DNA of 63,982 nt, filler included, from Collodictyon triciliatum (taxonomy: Eukaryota), in NCBI GenBank assembly GCA_043381765.1. It is 12 parts of 12 records of this genome, joined end to end, with 100 filler letters (N's around TTAATTAATTAA, not from the genome) between each part and the next. Parts side by side here need not be neighbours in the genome. Positions count along the whole stretch, not along the records: positions 12,084 to 18,026 come from JBHJMP010004820.1; positions 18,127 to 24,050 come from JBHJMP010004821.1; positions 24,151 to 30,088 come from JBHJMP010004822.1; 9 more parts are not named here. The stretch is one strand, 5' to 3'. Shown in pieces: positions 12,211-24,532 of this stretch (the stretch's first letter is position 1; each line of letters starts with the position of its first letter). The notes under the pieces were generated by a model, which was not told where the DNA came from, made no database searches, and saw nothing but the letters and a program-made list of their open reading frames with translations. Both the position numbers and the translations under genes were made by a program.

Positions 12211-15200
12211 TAGACTCCCTCTTTTTCTTTTACAGGGGAAGCGGCAAGCTATTGGCCAATAAGAAAAGGGATTATGTATTCAAACCGGCGTAGATAGATT
12301 GTCCGTGACAAATGGTCGGGTACCGGCAGACAAGACTCACTGTCGATTTGTACTCGAGGTATACACAGCGCCCAGCACCACATTTATTTGAGTGCTAACC
12401 AACAAGAACATGTGAATAATGTACCAAGTCTAACATAGGTCCATCATCGGCACATTATTAATATTATCAATATTATCATAAACAAATGACGATTTCAACA
12501 AATGACGATTTCAACAAATCCTACTAAAAAAATATCATCTTCCATAAATTAGAGACATTGAACTTTTTTTTGATTGATTCATGCTATTTGAGGGGAAAAA
12601 CTTACGGCATAGATATCCTCCACAGAGTTTAAGCGGAGCCCATACGAACAAATAATATCACCGCAAGTGAAGCACTGCAAGCAGTTTGCCGAAACCTGTT
12701 TGCAAATAGAGCATTCTGCCGGAGGCGAGACTATAATGTCGTGATAGTCCACAGGAAATTGCTGAATCTTGAATTCAATATCAAAGCACACGGGAAATGA
12801 AAGATTGGCAATTTTGTTCGACTCACTATATGAAATCACATGCCTCAGCCACCCATCAATCAAATATTGATGAAATGGACCAATACCAGAAAGTGCTTCT
12901 CGTATGGACGGTACTTTGAGATACGTCTCCAGGGTATCGTTTGCCAGAACAACATCCGCATTTTCAAAAGAAGACGGAGCAAAGGAACTCAGAAAAATTG
13001 ACGCGCTTGAAAGAAAAGGCCTATCCATTACCTCCAAGTCATGTATATCAACTTCATAGACACGCCCAGAATGAGAACTTGAAGACATATGCTTTTCAAA
13101 GAGCGCTGCAAATCCATCAGAAAAAGACTCTATTTTCAGACGACTTCCAGGTATAATTGAAAGATAGTACAAAATAGACTGAACGAGATTTGCCACCCTC
13201 ATTACTCCGAGAAGCATTTTAATGCCATTCTCACTCTGGAAGCAGGGAAACAGCAGAACACATCGAACAAACACTGAAAAAGCATTACAAACAAGAAGTG
13301 GTTGACTAGAGCTATTTTCTGCAGGAAGCAATTGTTGGTGCAACGACTGTCTCCATTCTGCATGTGCAACTCTGCTGTCTCCGGAAATAAAAATTTTGGA
13401 TGCAAAGTATAAATTTCGCAACGTTGCACTGTATGGAGGAGAATATGCTGCAAATTTGGACGATAAGAGAGAGCTTCTGTGCGATATGTCAAGGCACATG
13501 ATATTGTTTGCAATTGTAGAGGCCAGGACGGGCCATGAACGGGGCGTTTTTACCTTGCTGGCTTCGCTTTGTTTTTCTCCTAATTGATTGATCAAACTGA
13601 TGCACTGCGGTTTGTAACAATTTATGGAGGAATCATCAGATGGAGGTAAACTCATCATATAAACAAGGATGCTCATTTCATCGCCGGGTGGAAAATTCAC
13701 CGTGACTGGAGAATTGAAGTCTACGTGAGAGGGGCAGTGTGGAGTGATTGTGTTAGAAATTCGCTTACATAAAGGGCAAAGAAACATCCCTCCCTCAAGG
13801 TCGATTTGATGAATGCCAAGGTAATTTTCCCCTCGTGATTTTTTGGTGACAAGGGATATGTAGTAAGTGTTCCAACACGATTCATGTATTAAATGACCAC
13901 ACGAACGAATAGTACAGTTAAATGAGGTCGAAATAGGGCGCTCAGTCTCTGTGATTTGGGATGTTTCTGAGATATTACCACCGTATTCACTTTTGCTAGT
14001 TATGATACCGACCTCATTCAACTTTCTCATCAATTCTTTATGTCCATTCTTTTGGTATTGATGTACAACGCCAGACGTGTGAGTATATGAAACCGAAAAA
14101 AGGGGCTGTTCGGTTGAGATATGGCACAGGATACATAAATCTTGGTCAGTTTCCTCTCTTTCTTCCTCCTTCAATACTAGAAGGTTCTCCTGAGAAAATT
14201 GTCTCTGACTCGTTTTCATTTGTCTCATGATTCTCTCTCTTTCCAACTGAGCTCTTCTTTTTCTATCCAGCTGCTTGGGGTTCTCACTGATTTGGTTCCT
14301 CTCACTCATCGGGCTCATTCCTAGATTGGATACTATAAACTTGCTCAAGTCATCGATGAAGCTATGCAAACTAGAAAACACATCCTTTTCCATCAACTTT
14401 TCGAGATTGATATTCAATTCCTTCCAAAGTTCTCTGGCTATTCCCTCTGTGTGGTGCAATATGATGGTACCACTTGTTAGCATTTGCTTTAGTAAAAATA
14501 AAGAGTCTGTAATTATATCCACGGTCCCAGGATGTGAAATCACGACTCCCATTTTCAGGGATGTGTGAATTAAATTCATGAGCGTTGAGCTTCCCAGTAA
14601 TTTTGCTAGTGGAGAAAAAATTGGCTTCAGTGGGGGCAGTTCAGGTGAGGGGACAGCATGAATTTGAGGAATAAGCTTGGCCTTAACGTTTTTCTGGTAT
14701 GTTCCAATTGCTTTTTGTAAATTTTGGGTGGACACCCCCAAGTAGTATGGATTGAATTCCTTCCACAAGTCAGACATAAGGTTGAATATGTTTTTACCCT
14801 CAACCACTCTTTTCGTAGAAACGTGAGGAAGAATCTCATCCAATAAAGAACTGGGCAGTTTTGAAGGAAACATTTCTTGTATTTCAGAGTAATGGACATC
14901 GCCGATGGCAAGGCAATGTATTATATGATATCTGGCTGCTTGTTCCACAGTCATGGTGGACACATTTTCTCGATTTGTCACCAGTCGGCATATGAATCGA
15001 ATGTATTCTTTATGGATGTCGAGACATTGAGTGACCTCATCCTCAGATTTTTGAAAATTGGACGAAAGCCAGTCATCAAGTTCGAATATATGAGTCGAGT
15101 CACGCATGAAATCGTCTGGATTAATCACACAAAGGCAGGCTTGCTGAAGAAAAATATCGGGAATGTTCATATGTTCTTGGTCACCACTGAGATAAATGCG

Positions 15201-17430
15201 CCCTTGAAAAGCCACAGTTGTTCCATTCCTTTTCCACATCCCAGCATTGATTTGTGATATTAATCCTTGCGATATCAAAAGGTATTGAGCTATACTATGA
15301 ACATGCTCCACAGACATGGCAGCACCTGTTTCCTTATTGATCACACCTCTCGTTAAGAATAAGTCTTGGATAGTGGGCTTGGTTGTAGCTCCTAGTATAT
15401 GTGAAAGAAGGATTGTAAAAACCCGAAATAGCGGGAGGTGATAGGAAACAACGTCACGAGAAATTAGAAAGGATGGTTTCTTTGATGGTAGGGCACTGGT
15501 CCGTTTGTATGGCACGGGGTATAACGTAATCCATGACATAATATGTTGGAGGCATACGTCGAAGGGAACAAAAAATAGAGGGTCGTTTTCGTCCATAGGT
15601 TCAGTCTTTGTCACCAAATTTGTCACATAATCTTGGCATAGTTGGTTCAATATGAGAGCTCGTTTAAATTTACTACTTTCTGTGTAGACGTGTACTGTTC
15701 GTGCACGTTTCATGGGGTCGCACCATTGCATTTGTTTGAAAACAGAGAAAATTATATTCAGTTCTTGAAATGATTCATACAAAATAGTTTTTGCATTTTG
15801 CGGATACGACAAGATGTAATTTAAATCTTGAAAGCACTGATGCAACCTCACAGAGTATATGTTTTCGTGAACAACTCTGTCGGCCATCGATTTCGGCACG
15901 TCGAACGACTCCCAAATGGAATGGAGTGTTTTTGCCAGAGTTTCAAATGCAAGCTCATACTTCATCACGTGCATCGCAATCGTTGGAGTGGTGAGAAGCT
16001 GAACAGATATCTCATGTATATCTTCCTGGATTGACACCAACGATGCAATATCTGGAGTAAAATCAAATTCATGGTATTGTCGGATGAGAGCACAGGCGAG
16101 TCCTGTCTTTGAATTGTAGTTTTTTAGAAGCAGGTGAAAAAAATCTCTCATAGGACCAAAGAAATTTGTATGTCTCTTCTGAGCAAAGTTAAGGAGCAAA
16201 TCGTAATAAGTGGGATAGCTTATATTTCTATGGACTGCTGGTGGTGAGTGGCCCAAAAGAAAAACTACCAAGGACAGAATTGTGAGGCTTTTAGAGCATA
16301 TGTTCATAATCCAAATGAAAATATCACCAGATTTCTGAGAAACTTTAGCTAAATCTTGATTCGATGCCATGGCTTGCGTAAAACTCTTGTTTATTGCTTG
16401 CAGCAGGCATCGCATGACTAATGTCCCCACTTGTTTGGTATATGTGTCAAGAGATTCATGCAGCTTTGTTGTGTCAACCTCCGTCTTTTTGTGTTTCGAG
16501 CAGAATCCTTCTGGTTTCCAGGCCTCTTCATCTCCGCAATCGCAGCACCCGGAGCCGCTTCTGCAAGCAACAACTATTAAAATGGAACGTTTTTATTTAT
16601 TTTTTTTTAAAAAAAAAATCGAAAATTTAAAAATGCAGACAAAGATAGGTGTTTTGAAATGACGGCGAGGTATAAAACTAATTTCATTCGAACATGAATG
16701 CCCTCGGTGGTCAGCCATTCTAAAGCAGTCAGCGCACACCACACTTTAATTGCATTTTCGGATATATTTTCCAATAAGTGCCAAATTATTGATAAGAAAA
16801 ATATCACCTCTGGAGTATTTGTATGATTATGATATATTATTTAACAAATTCCTACCAAGTGTCGTCATACCCACACGTCTTGCAACGATAAATAAGCTCA
16901 CCTATGCAATCACATTATGTAGGTAAAATAAATTCGATTTTTAAAAAAAAATGCAATTACATACATACCAACAAACCGATAAACAACAACAAAAACAACA
17001 AAAACAACAAAAACAACAAAAAACAACAAAAAACAACAAAAAAACAACAAAAAAACAACAAAAAAACAACAAAAAAACAACAAAAAAGAAAAGAAAGAAA
17101 TTAATGTAAGTAAAGTTCTAAAATGATAAATGCCATAAATAACAGAAGCTATAGTAATACTAACAAAAAAATAGAAAAATACAAATACAACGAAAAAGCT
17201 TTGACCCTACCTCCTTGAAAGCGGCGCCCGCATATCCTGCTCCTTGACGACTCCGAGGCAACGAGCTCCTCGAGCCACTTCGCCTCATCTTTCCTCGAAA
17301 TCAGCAGCACGATCAACTCTGCTGGTCTGTCGGAAGAGTCCCAAAGGGTGGCCACGTGTCGCTGGACAGCTGTTTCTAGCCCAGGATCAGACCCCGAAAC
17401 CAGCCGCTGAAGATCGGATATCGCTCGCAT
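12211..17430 (-). CDS. UBR1: UBR1/UBR2-type N-recognin E3 ubiquitin ligase, 3' end missing
   Basis: Spliced UBR box [63 protein letters not shown] motif; RING CILCH..CGHLIHESC..FLCPLCKRISN; C-terminal Cys-rich region; one ~4-kb exon. Confidence 0.92.
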
Positions 17431-18126
17431 GATATATTCCTGCACATTCACAGGCCTCCGAAACATCGCTGCGGTCTTTGCCTCTTCTTTGTCGCTGAGT
17501 CTCCTCGACGGAAGGTTTGGGCAGGTAGGCTTTTTCTGGTGGGGAAATAACTTTTGTCAGATTCTCTCTTTTTTGATCACTTGCGTCGCACCGCAACTTC
17601 ATTGGCAAAGTAATCGTGAACGCGTCAAGTGGTTTTGGCCGGGTGCTTTTTTTCCTTGCGTACTCACTCGATGTTCTTCGGTCTATAAAAACCTGACACA
17701 GCGCTTGGAGCACGTCACATATCATATTATCCATAAGGGAAAGGATCAGCTTAGCGAACCAGAGAAAAGAAAATTGAAAATAGAAAAATAGGAAATGCAG
17801 CCGAAAGGGTTTTAGCGAATTGGGATGTGGAAACTCATCACCAAACTGTGTGCAGACTTCAAAACACAGTTGCAACAAAGAACAATCCCACGACCACCTC
17901 CAAATACACCAGAGCCTTTGCTCTCGCGTTGGCAGATTCTGTATAATCACTGCGAAATGACAATACCCCTGAACGAGCCATTGGCAGCAGGACAAATATG
18001 CTGGGACAACCAGAAAGGCTTCTGCANNNNNNNNNNNNNNNNNNNNNNNNNNNNNNNNNNNNNNNNNNNNTTAATTAATTAANNNNNNNNNNNNNNNNNN
18101 NNNNNNNNNNNNNNNNNNNNNNNNNN

Positions 18127-18231
18127 TCTTTGTTTCTTTGTTTCTTTGTTTCTTTGTTTCTTTGTTTCTTTGTTTCTTTGTTTCTTTGTTTCTTTGTTTC
18201 TTTGTTTCTTTGTTTCTTTGTTTCTTTGTTT
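18127..18231. repeat. (TTTCTTTG)n octamer repeat
   Basis: Directly visible at the contig start. Confidence 0.9.
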
Positions 18232-18283
18232 CTCCCAATTGGAAGGAGTCATAGGAAACGGTATTTCCTAGGAGAATGTCAAC

Positions 18284-21200
18284 CTGCGGCACCACATCTG
18301 CAGTACGTTCTTTTTAAATCTCAAGCTTCCTAGTATGGAACCAAATCGGTGCCAGAAGGAGCTTTCTCTGTTTGAAATGTAATTTTTATGTCCAACGCCA
18401 ATTATTTGGATGACGGCACAGTAGTATTCTGTCTAGATCAATCATATTATACTAAAAACGATAATAAAAATGATATTTACCCTGGTGCTTGAGATTTTTG
18501 TGCGCCCCAGAATGTGGAAAAGGATATTTCATTTCTTGAATCTGTATATATTATTTAACATGTTTCTTGATTGTTTAGTGAGTTCCAGCAAACAATATTC
18601 AGACGTTTAAGTAATTTACCACTGTGTCTATCATATAATCATGTAGAATCAATCAACGGATATGCTTTATGTATGTGGAAAAGAGCGGTTTGAATTTATA
18701 CTTCGGAAGCGCTCTAAATATCTGAAATCCATCAAGCTTAAGGGGCGTTGTCCTTCTTTGATGGAAAGGTTCTAATGGGATGGTTAAATAGCATCAATTG
18801 AAATCCTTACCAACGTCCCTACATAAAAGTAGCCAATTTATGTTTCCATAGGCTTTCTCAAACTTAATTAATTAAATATTTATCAGCTGTAAAGTATGGT
18901 TTACTTGACGAGATTCCTTTAGAAAGTGACGCTGTAAATGATTGCAAAACCACGACCACGATACCGATTCCTTTTTTGTTGAGGTATATTTAAAAATTAT
19001 GGAAGTAAAAAAAAAAAAAAAAGATTACCCTTAGGTCTCAATAAACATTTTAATAGGCTATTTGAAATAAATGTGGTGGTATCTAAGCTCTTGCTTTTCC
19101 TGGCTCAAAGGCATTCCTCCCCAATATTCTACCAGCTTCGATGTACCATTGGTCTTGGTGTACTATGTTGCTGAAAATGTTGCTTGCCAGGTTTATCTCG
19201 ATGGTCTAGATATAAGTAAAGAGAAAGTTAATTCATGCATTATTATCGACCTAAGACATGTTAATTTGGAGAGGAGAATGGCTTCGGGAGGATAATGATG
19301 GCAATACCTCTGTATGCTCTGTCATATCTTGGGTCTTAAAGCGATTCAGAGTCACGTGGAACAGAATACAGAATTGCTTTTTTCCTGTGAATAGAATGAT
19401 CACTATACTATATCTGACCGCTAAGAACATGTAAAATCATTTGTCCTTATTGAATTATCAAACAATCAAACTTCAAATAAATGATTATAAACATAGGGAG
19501 AGAGAGAGAACTCACCCACCAAGTCGATTTCTATTCGAGGGAATGTGGCTACAGACACAGCTGACTATGGTTTAATTGCCATATGAATAACATGAGTTAT
19601 TTTTGCAAATACTCCATATCATAAAATGAATGATGATTAAATATTTTGTTTTTGTTTACATTTTTGTTATTTATTTTGAAATTGAAATATGAAAGAGAGC
19701 ATACATCTGGGGATTTTATCAGAGGTTCTGCAGGGATGGTTTGTCCTGTGCTCACAAACTCTACTCTACCCTATATATCAAGTTTAAAATGTTACCAATA
19801 AATTGTAATTAATGTGGTGGTAGGAGCCCTAAATTGAACCAATTAATCAGCACGAGCAAAAAAAAAAATCCAGAAAAAAGAAAACCTTCTCTTCACATAG
19901 AACGACTGCAGAGACTGAGTTTCCACGAATTTCATAATTTTGAGAAGGTCCCGCAAAGAACTGAAGTTTAAAAGGCCTATGGTGTAAATTGTCAGTTCAT
20001 GGTGTTTTTATTTATTGTCTTGAGTCTCAAGAGCCTCTGTTAGTTTTATTACCTTTAAAGATTTACCTTAACGACATACCAAAAATAACATAGTGTGGTC
20101 GCTATATGAGTTTTTTTTTTCTTCTTTATTTGATTGGAGGAAGGGGTTTGGCCTGGTATGTAATGTTGTAACGCAGTATGAGCCATATGCTAAATGAAGC
20201 ATTCTACAAACCCTTCTAAAACCGATCTCTTCAGTTTATCGTGCGGTGGCAGTACGTAAGCCATCGGCTGCTCAATTAGTTGTAGGGAAAATACCCTATA
20301 GAGATATTGTTTGAATCATGCGCTGATAATACAAATCTCTTAATATTATACAAATGCTCACAAGGTAGGGTCTATGTTTGTCTCTAGGGAGCTCGCGACA
20401 GCCCAATCTGAGCGGTAAACCCGGAGCATCTCTAGCCTTGTATTCAAGCGAACTTTCATCGCACTTATCTCAAATAAGTCATCCGGTGATATTATATACA
20501 TTTCCTCTATAGACTGGACCTGGCCGCAGTTGTTTCCATGTTTTTGTTCGTTAGCATTCCAGTTGTTAAAAATGAGGATGAAAGGGACGGATGATAGTAT
20601 GATGCCATCAAATATATGTTTACATAAAACCAAATACGCTGAGCCAAGAGAATTTATATGAAATCGTTTAAACAGACGATTTCATGTAATACTGCATATT
20701 CGGTTGTTTTTTCTTACACTTACTGTTTTTAATTGCCTTTCCGCGTTTTCGATCAAAGTGTTTATTATAGTTGGAATCTGGCTTGGCAACTCATCCTCTC
20801 CCATGAAAGGATCTAGGCTCTTTTACACATATGACAAAGAAAAAAAAAACTGAAAAGGAGAGTTCGACGTTCCTATTTGCTTCCTGATACACTCTCGTAA
20901 AAGGAAAGGGAAAGGAAAAAAAAAGACATACCTTTGAACAACTTAGCACAGCGCAATATGAGTCATGCATATTGTTCAATGTTCCAGTATCAGATTCATA
21001 GTATGACGATAAGCTTGCGAGTAGATCGTGTATTTCTCGTTGTTCTGCCTGAAGTATCGGGAATACATATATAGAAGAAAAACAAGAGGAAGTGTGGTGA
21101 TTATTGATTTTCTGTAAACTGGGTTAAACCCAAATTCCATCGATTTTGCTTTGCACCAAGCGTAAGATTTGCATATTCTCAAATTCATCACATTGCTTAC

Positions 21201-22010
21201 AAGTCTGTGCTGGATAGAGGCTCTCCAATCATTGGAGAGTCGCGTCCAGTGGTCCTCAACTTCCTTGGGCTGTTTATATCTCTGTTTTTGCTCCGGTATC
21301 TGCAAAGGTTCGTTTTGTTTGGCCTTACCCTCTGTGGTCGAACCATACAGCGAGGCAATCATTTTAGACAGCTAGGTGGGTGATAATCGTTCTTAAGAAA
21401 AAAAAAAATTCTTATATCAAAGAACGATGAAGGTAAAGGAAATCGGAACGTAAGAGAAATCTCGCTAGGAGGAAAGTGTATATAAGATGACACGGTATGC
21501 AAGCTTGTCAAATGGCCTAAAAAAAATAAAATAAAATAAAATAAAAAGGGATAGGTGATGGTGTGTCAAAAGGTAAGAACCAGAGCATTCGACTCCATCT
21601 GCTGTTGGTGAAGCATTTGGATAGACTGTTGCATACGATGGATGCTTTCCGAGCCAAGTTGCACAGAACTCATGCAAGAGACAGTGCCTTCTGCTGTTTC
21701 GGAAGCCACCTTAGAAGGAGATTTTTCTGGACATTATCCAAAGTTAGACAAGATAGTAGACTAAGCATATAAATGACAGATATTTTAGCACTGATATCTA
21801 GAATATGAAAATTGTAAACAACAGTACCAAAACCCCAAAAGATGATACTAACAGAAGAGAAATCTGAGATAAGATATCGTTTCAGAGAAATCTCAGATGG
21901 TGCAATGTCTTACCATTTTTATGCCTCTTTTGTTGAAAATCACTGGAGCTTTCTGATAAGCATTCTCTCGTGGGGTGCCGACTCATTTGTTTTTCAAATC
22001 CTTTTGTCTC
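18284..22010 (-). CDS. Dictyostelium-type STAT-like transcription factor (coiled coil, DNA-binding and linker regions); SH2 expected beyond the contig end; 5' exons may extend to ~22600
   Basis: Spliced IVHQDQWYIEAGRILGRNAFEPGK|ESVSWSWFCNHLQRHFLKESRQ|NLSIKEGQRPLSLMDFRYL..FWHRFGSILGSLRFKKNVLQMW parallels Dd-STATa as I recall it (ITNECQW..AGVLLKKDAF..ITWAQFINTLQRHFL..RPLSSYDLKY..FWVWFG..LRYQRHI..LW). Confidence 0.8.
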
Positions 22011-23905
22011 CTATTGAAATTACACCTCCCGTAACCCTTTTCCTTGGCCCTCTTCCTAGGTGGGCTGTATTAAATCGATAAGAGGGGGCATCCCCCTTGT
22101 GATGAGTTTCACAAAATCTTACGAGAAGGATGGTCGCAAGAGAGGTCTAATTATGGATATGAAAGAGTTTGGTTGGTCGGATCTGTAGAATTCCTTTAAT
22201 TTGGAGTGTTTAATTTCCAACTGTCCAAAGACCGCCCAAACCCACCCACGCTGGGGGGGGGGGGGGGGGGGNNNNNNNNNNNNNNNNNNNNNNNNNNNNN
22301 NNNNNNNNNNNNNNNNNNNNNNNNNNNNNNNNNNNNNNNNNNNNNNGGGGGGGGGGGGGGGGGGGGGGGGGGGTTGACAACTACCCCCCAGCCGTATGAA
22401 AGCATCCACAAAATGTACCTTTGGCTGAGAACCAGCTCTCAGGCATTTCTCAATCATTCTTTGGCATCGCAAGCGCGACACTGTTTTGCACAGAAACGTA
22501 TTTCCCAAGAGGCAACAACCCTTTGGCCTCGTTTGGTGGGTTGATAAAGGCGAGTCCGAGAAGAATATTCTCCCTCCAAACTCTTCGCCGAATAATCGCC
22601 TTGGAAATCGAAGAATAAATCGTATACAATATATGCAATATATATTTTGATTTTGTTTTTTCATATTTATATGTAAAATTATGAAATATGCTGCTTATAA
22701 ATGTAATTTATTATCTATTCCATATTTGTATTTCGAGTATTTTTTAAGTTCACTTGAGAGTGTTTTTCTTTCTCCAAATATTCTAGCCACGCGCATTGGA
22801 ATAACCCGAAAATCTACTCGGAATTCAATAGCATATGCCGAGATACTACGAATTTGATGAGTAAGAAAACAACCCAGCGTCCAAGTAATTTTTTGAAAAT
22901 TTTCTTTTTCTACGTGGCGAGACGCGTGATGCAGCGGGACTTTAAAAAAACATGGTGATATAAGCTCCACATTTCAATTTTATTTCTGGAAATTATATAT
23001 CTTATCTAATATATACTATGAGAAAACTTCTATTGCAATGTTAGTAAATATATGCGATAATATATTAATATTTGTACAGTATACTATTTTATTGTGGTCT
23101 ATGTTTAAAAACCGTCCCTTGCAATATAAAGCCCAAACATCTTATATTGGCAATGGAATTTACTCCAGCTCTTACAACAATATCATGTGTGCGGTGAAAT
23201 CCATCTGAATCGTCGCCAACCGGAGTGATCGCTGCGCCCAACCCCACGTAAGTCTTCTAATAATTGACCAACGAATAAAATCTCTACAAGCCGCACCAGA
23301 CCGTGGATGATGATACAAACAAAAAAGAACCGCCAGTTCTGCTACTGAACCTTGATGAATGTTTATGCTGACACACACAGGCACATATTCCTGTACCTTG
23401 ATGACCTTGCGAAAACTTCTGTTGTCCCATGTCTAACCTCCGTTCAAAATACAGCGTACCGCCACGCCTCTAGACCCCACGATGTGATCCGCGATAATGG
23501 AATAAAAAAACAGTCCAACCCACAACATCAGAAATCTCGAGAGGGTCGTCCCTGTTAGCAGAATGTTTTCTTTTGAATGGAAGGGTCAAGGTTGCCTCCT
23601 GACTCACAGGATCGGGTCTGACAAGGCAATACGCACTTCACCGTGCTGGTCTCCCATCTTTCCTGACTGACTCCCTGCTTGCGGCGGCCTACGTGCTTCG
23701 TACGGATCAATGCACATTCGCCCAACTATGTCTGCGATTTCAAGGAACCAGTGTTGTGTAGATTCAAATTCTTTGGTTTTATTGGAGGGAAGGTTAGGGG
23801 ATGTGAAGAGCCACTAAAAGTAAAGCACATAATGTTGTTCAGTGAGGAGGGAGACGAGCAGAGGCGGCTTCATGTGCTGCGCCAGCTAAGATCCTCTGGC
23901 GGGAT

Positions 23906-24050
23906 TTAAGCGGGTGTTCCGGAGCCATTGTACTTGCTGACAGCTTTGGTGCCCTCAGACACGGCGTGCTTGGCGAGTTCTCCGGGCAGAATCAGGCGGA
24001 CAGATGTCTGAACCTCGCGCGAGGTCAGAGTGCCGCGCTTGTTGATGCGG
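23906..24050 (-). CDS. H2B: Histone H2B, 3' part
   Basis: [47 protein letters not shown]. Confidence 0.97.
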
Positions 24051-24532
24051 NNNNNNNNNNNNNNNNNNNNNNNNNNNNNNNNNNNNNNNNNNNNTTAATT
24101 AATTAANNNNNNNNNNNNNNNNNNNNNNNNNNNNNNNNNNNNNNNNNNNNTTTTTGTTTTTTTTGTTTTTTTTGTTTTTTTGTTTTTTATTTTTATTGCT
24201 AAATAAAACACCACTTGCAAGTCATTAACCTTTACTCATAAAATGAAATGCCTCCATATTGTGCTGAACGAGAAAAGGAAACTGCTCCAATTTACAAAAT
24301 GTATCAATCGATCCAACATGCAATGAAAGCGAAACAATATCTTTAATCGAAACAACGTGTTTGGGTCTGAATTCGTGCTACCTGTTTGCAGACGATTTAA
24401 AATATGGAAACACATGCGAGGTCATCACATATATTTATGAAGAATATTGAAGTAAACCTTGAAAAAAATGTTAGATATTTTACTATCATGGTTGCATCAA
24501 ACGAATTCATATATCAATATATTGATAAACAG

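Noticed and set aside
12481-12519. 16-bp tandem duplication AACAAATGACGATTTC in a UBR1 intron
   Set aside because: No insert lies between the copies; simple slippage is sufficient, although a zero-length retro-insertion cannot be excluded.
18519-18527. ATATCCTTT on the minus strand (AT-AC U12 donor-like)
   Set aside because: It falls inside a STAT-like coding exon (EISFSTFW) already bounded by in-phase GT-AG sites.
18864-18875. TTAATTAATTAA identical to the spacer core
   Set aside because: It has no flanking Ns and lies inside an intron of a continuous gene; a natural AT-rich match.
19028-19094. Apparent in-frame stops or frameshift suggesting recoding or an alternative genetic code
   Set aside because: A GC-AG intron explains it better; other genes here end normally at TAA, TAG and TGA.
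20238-20300. GTGCGGTGGCAGTACGTAAGCC resembling the U4 snRNA 5' end
   Set aside because: The similarity is short, with no kink-turn stem or Sm site downstream.
23880-23901. Hairpin right after the H2B stop codon
   Set aside because: A 6-bp stem with a 10-nt loop does not fit the histone stem-loop consensus.
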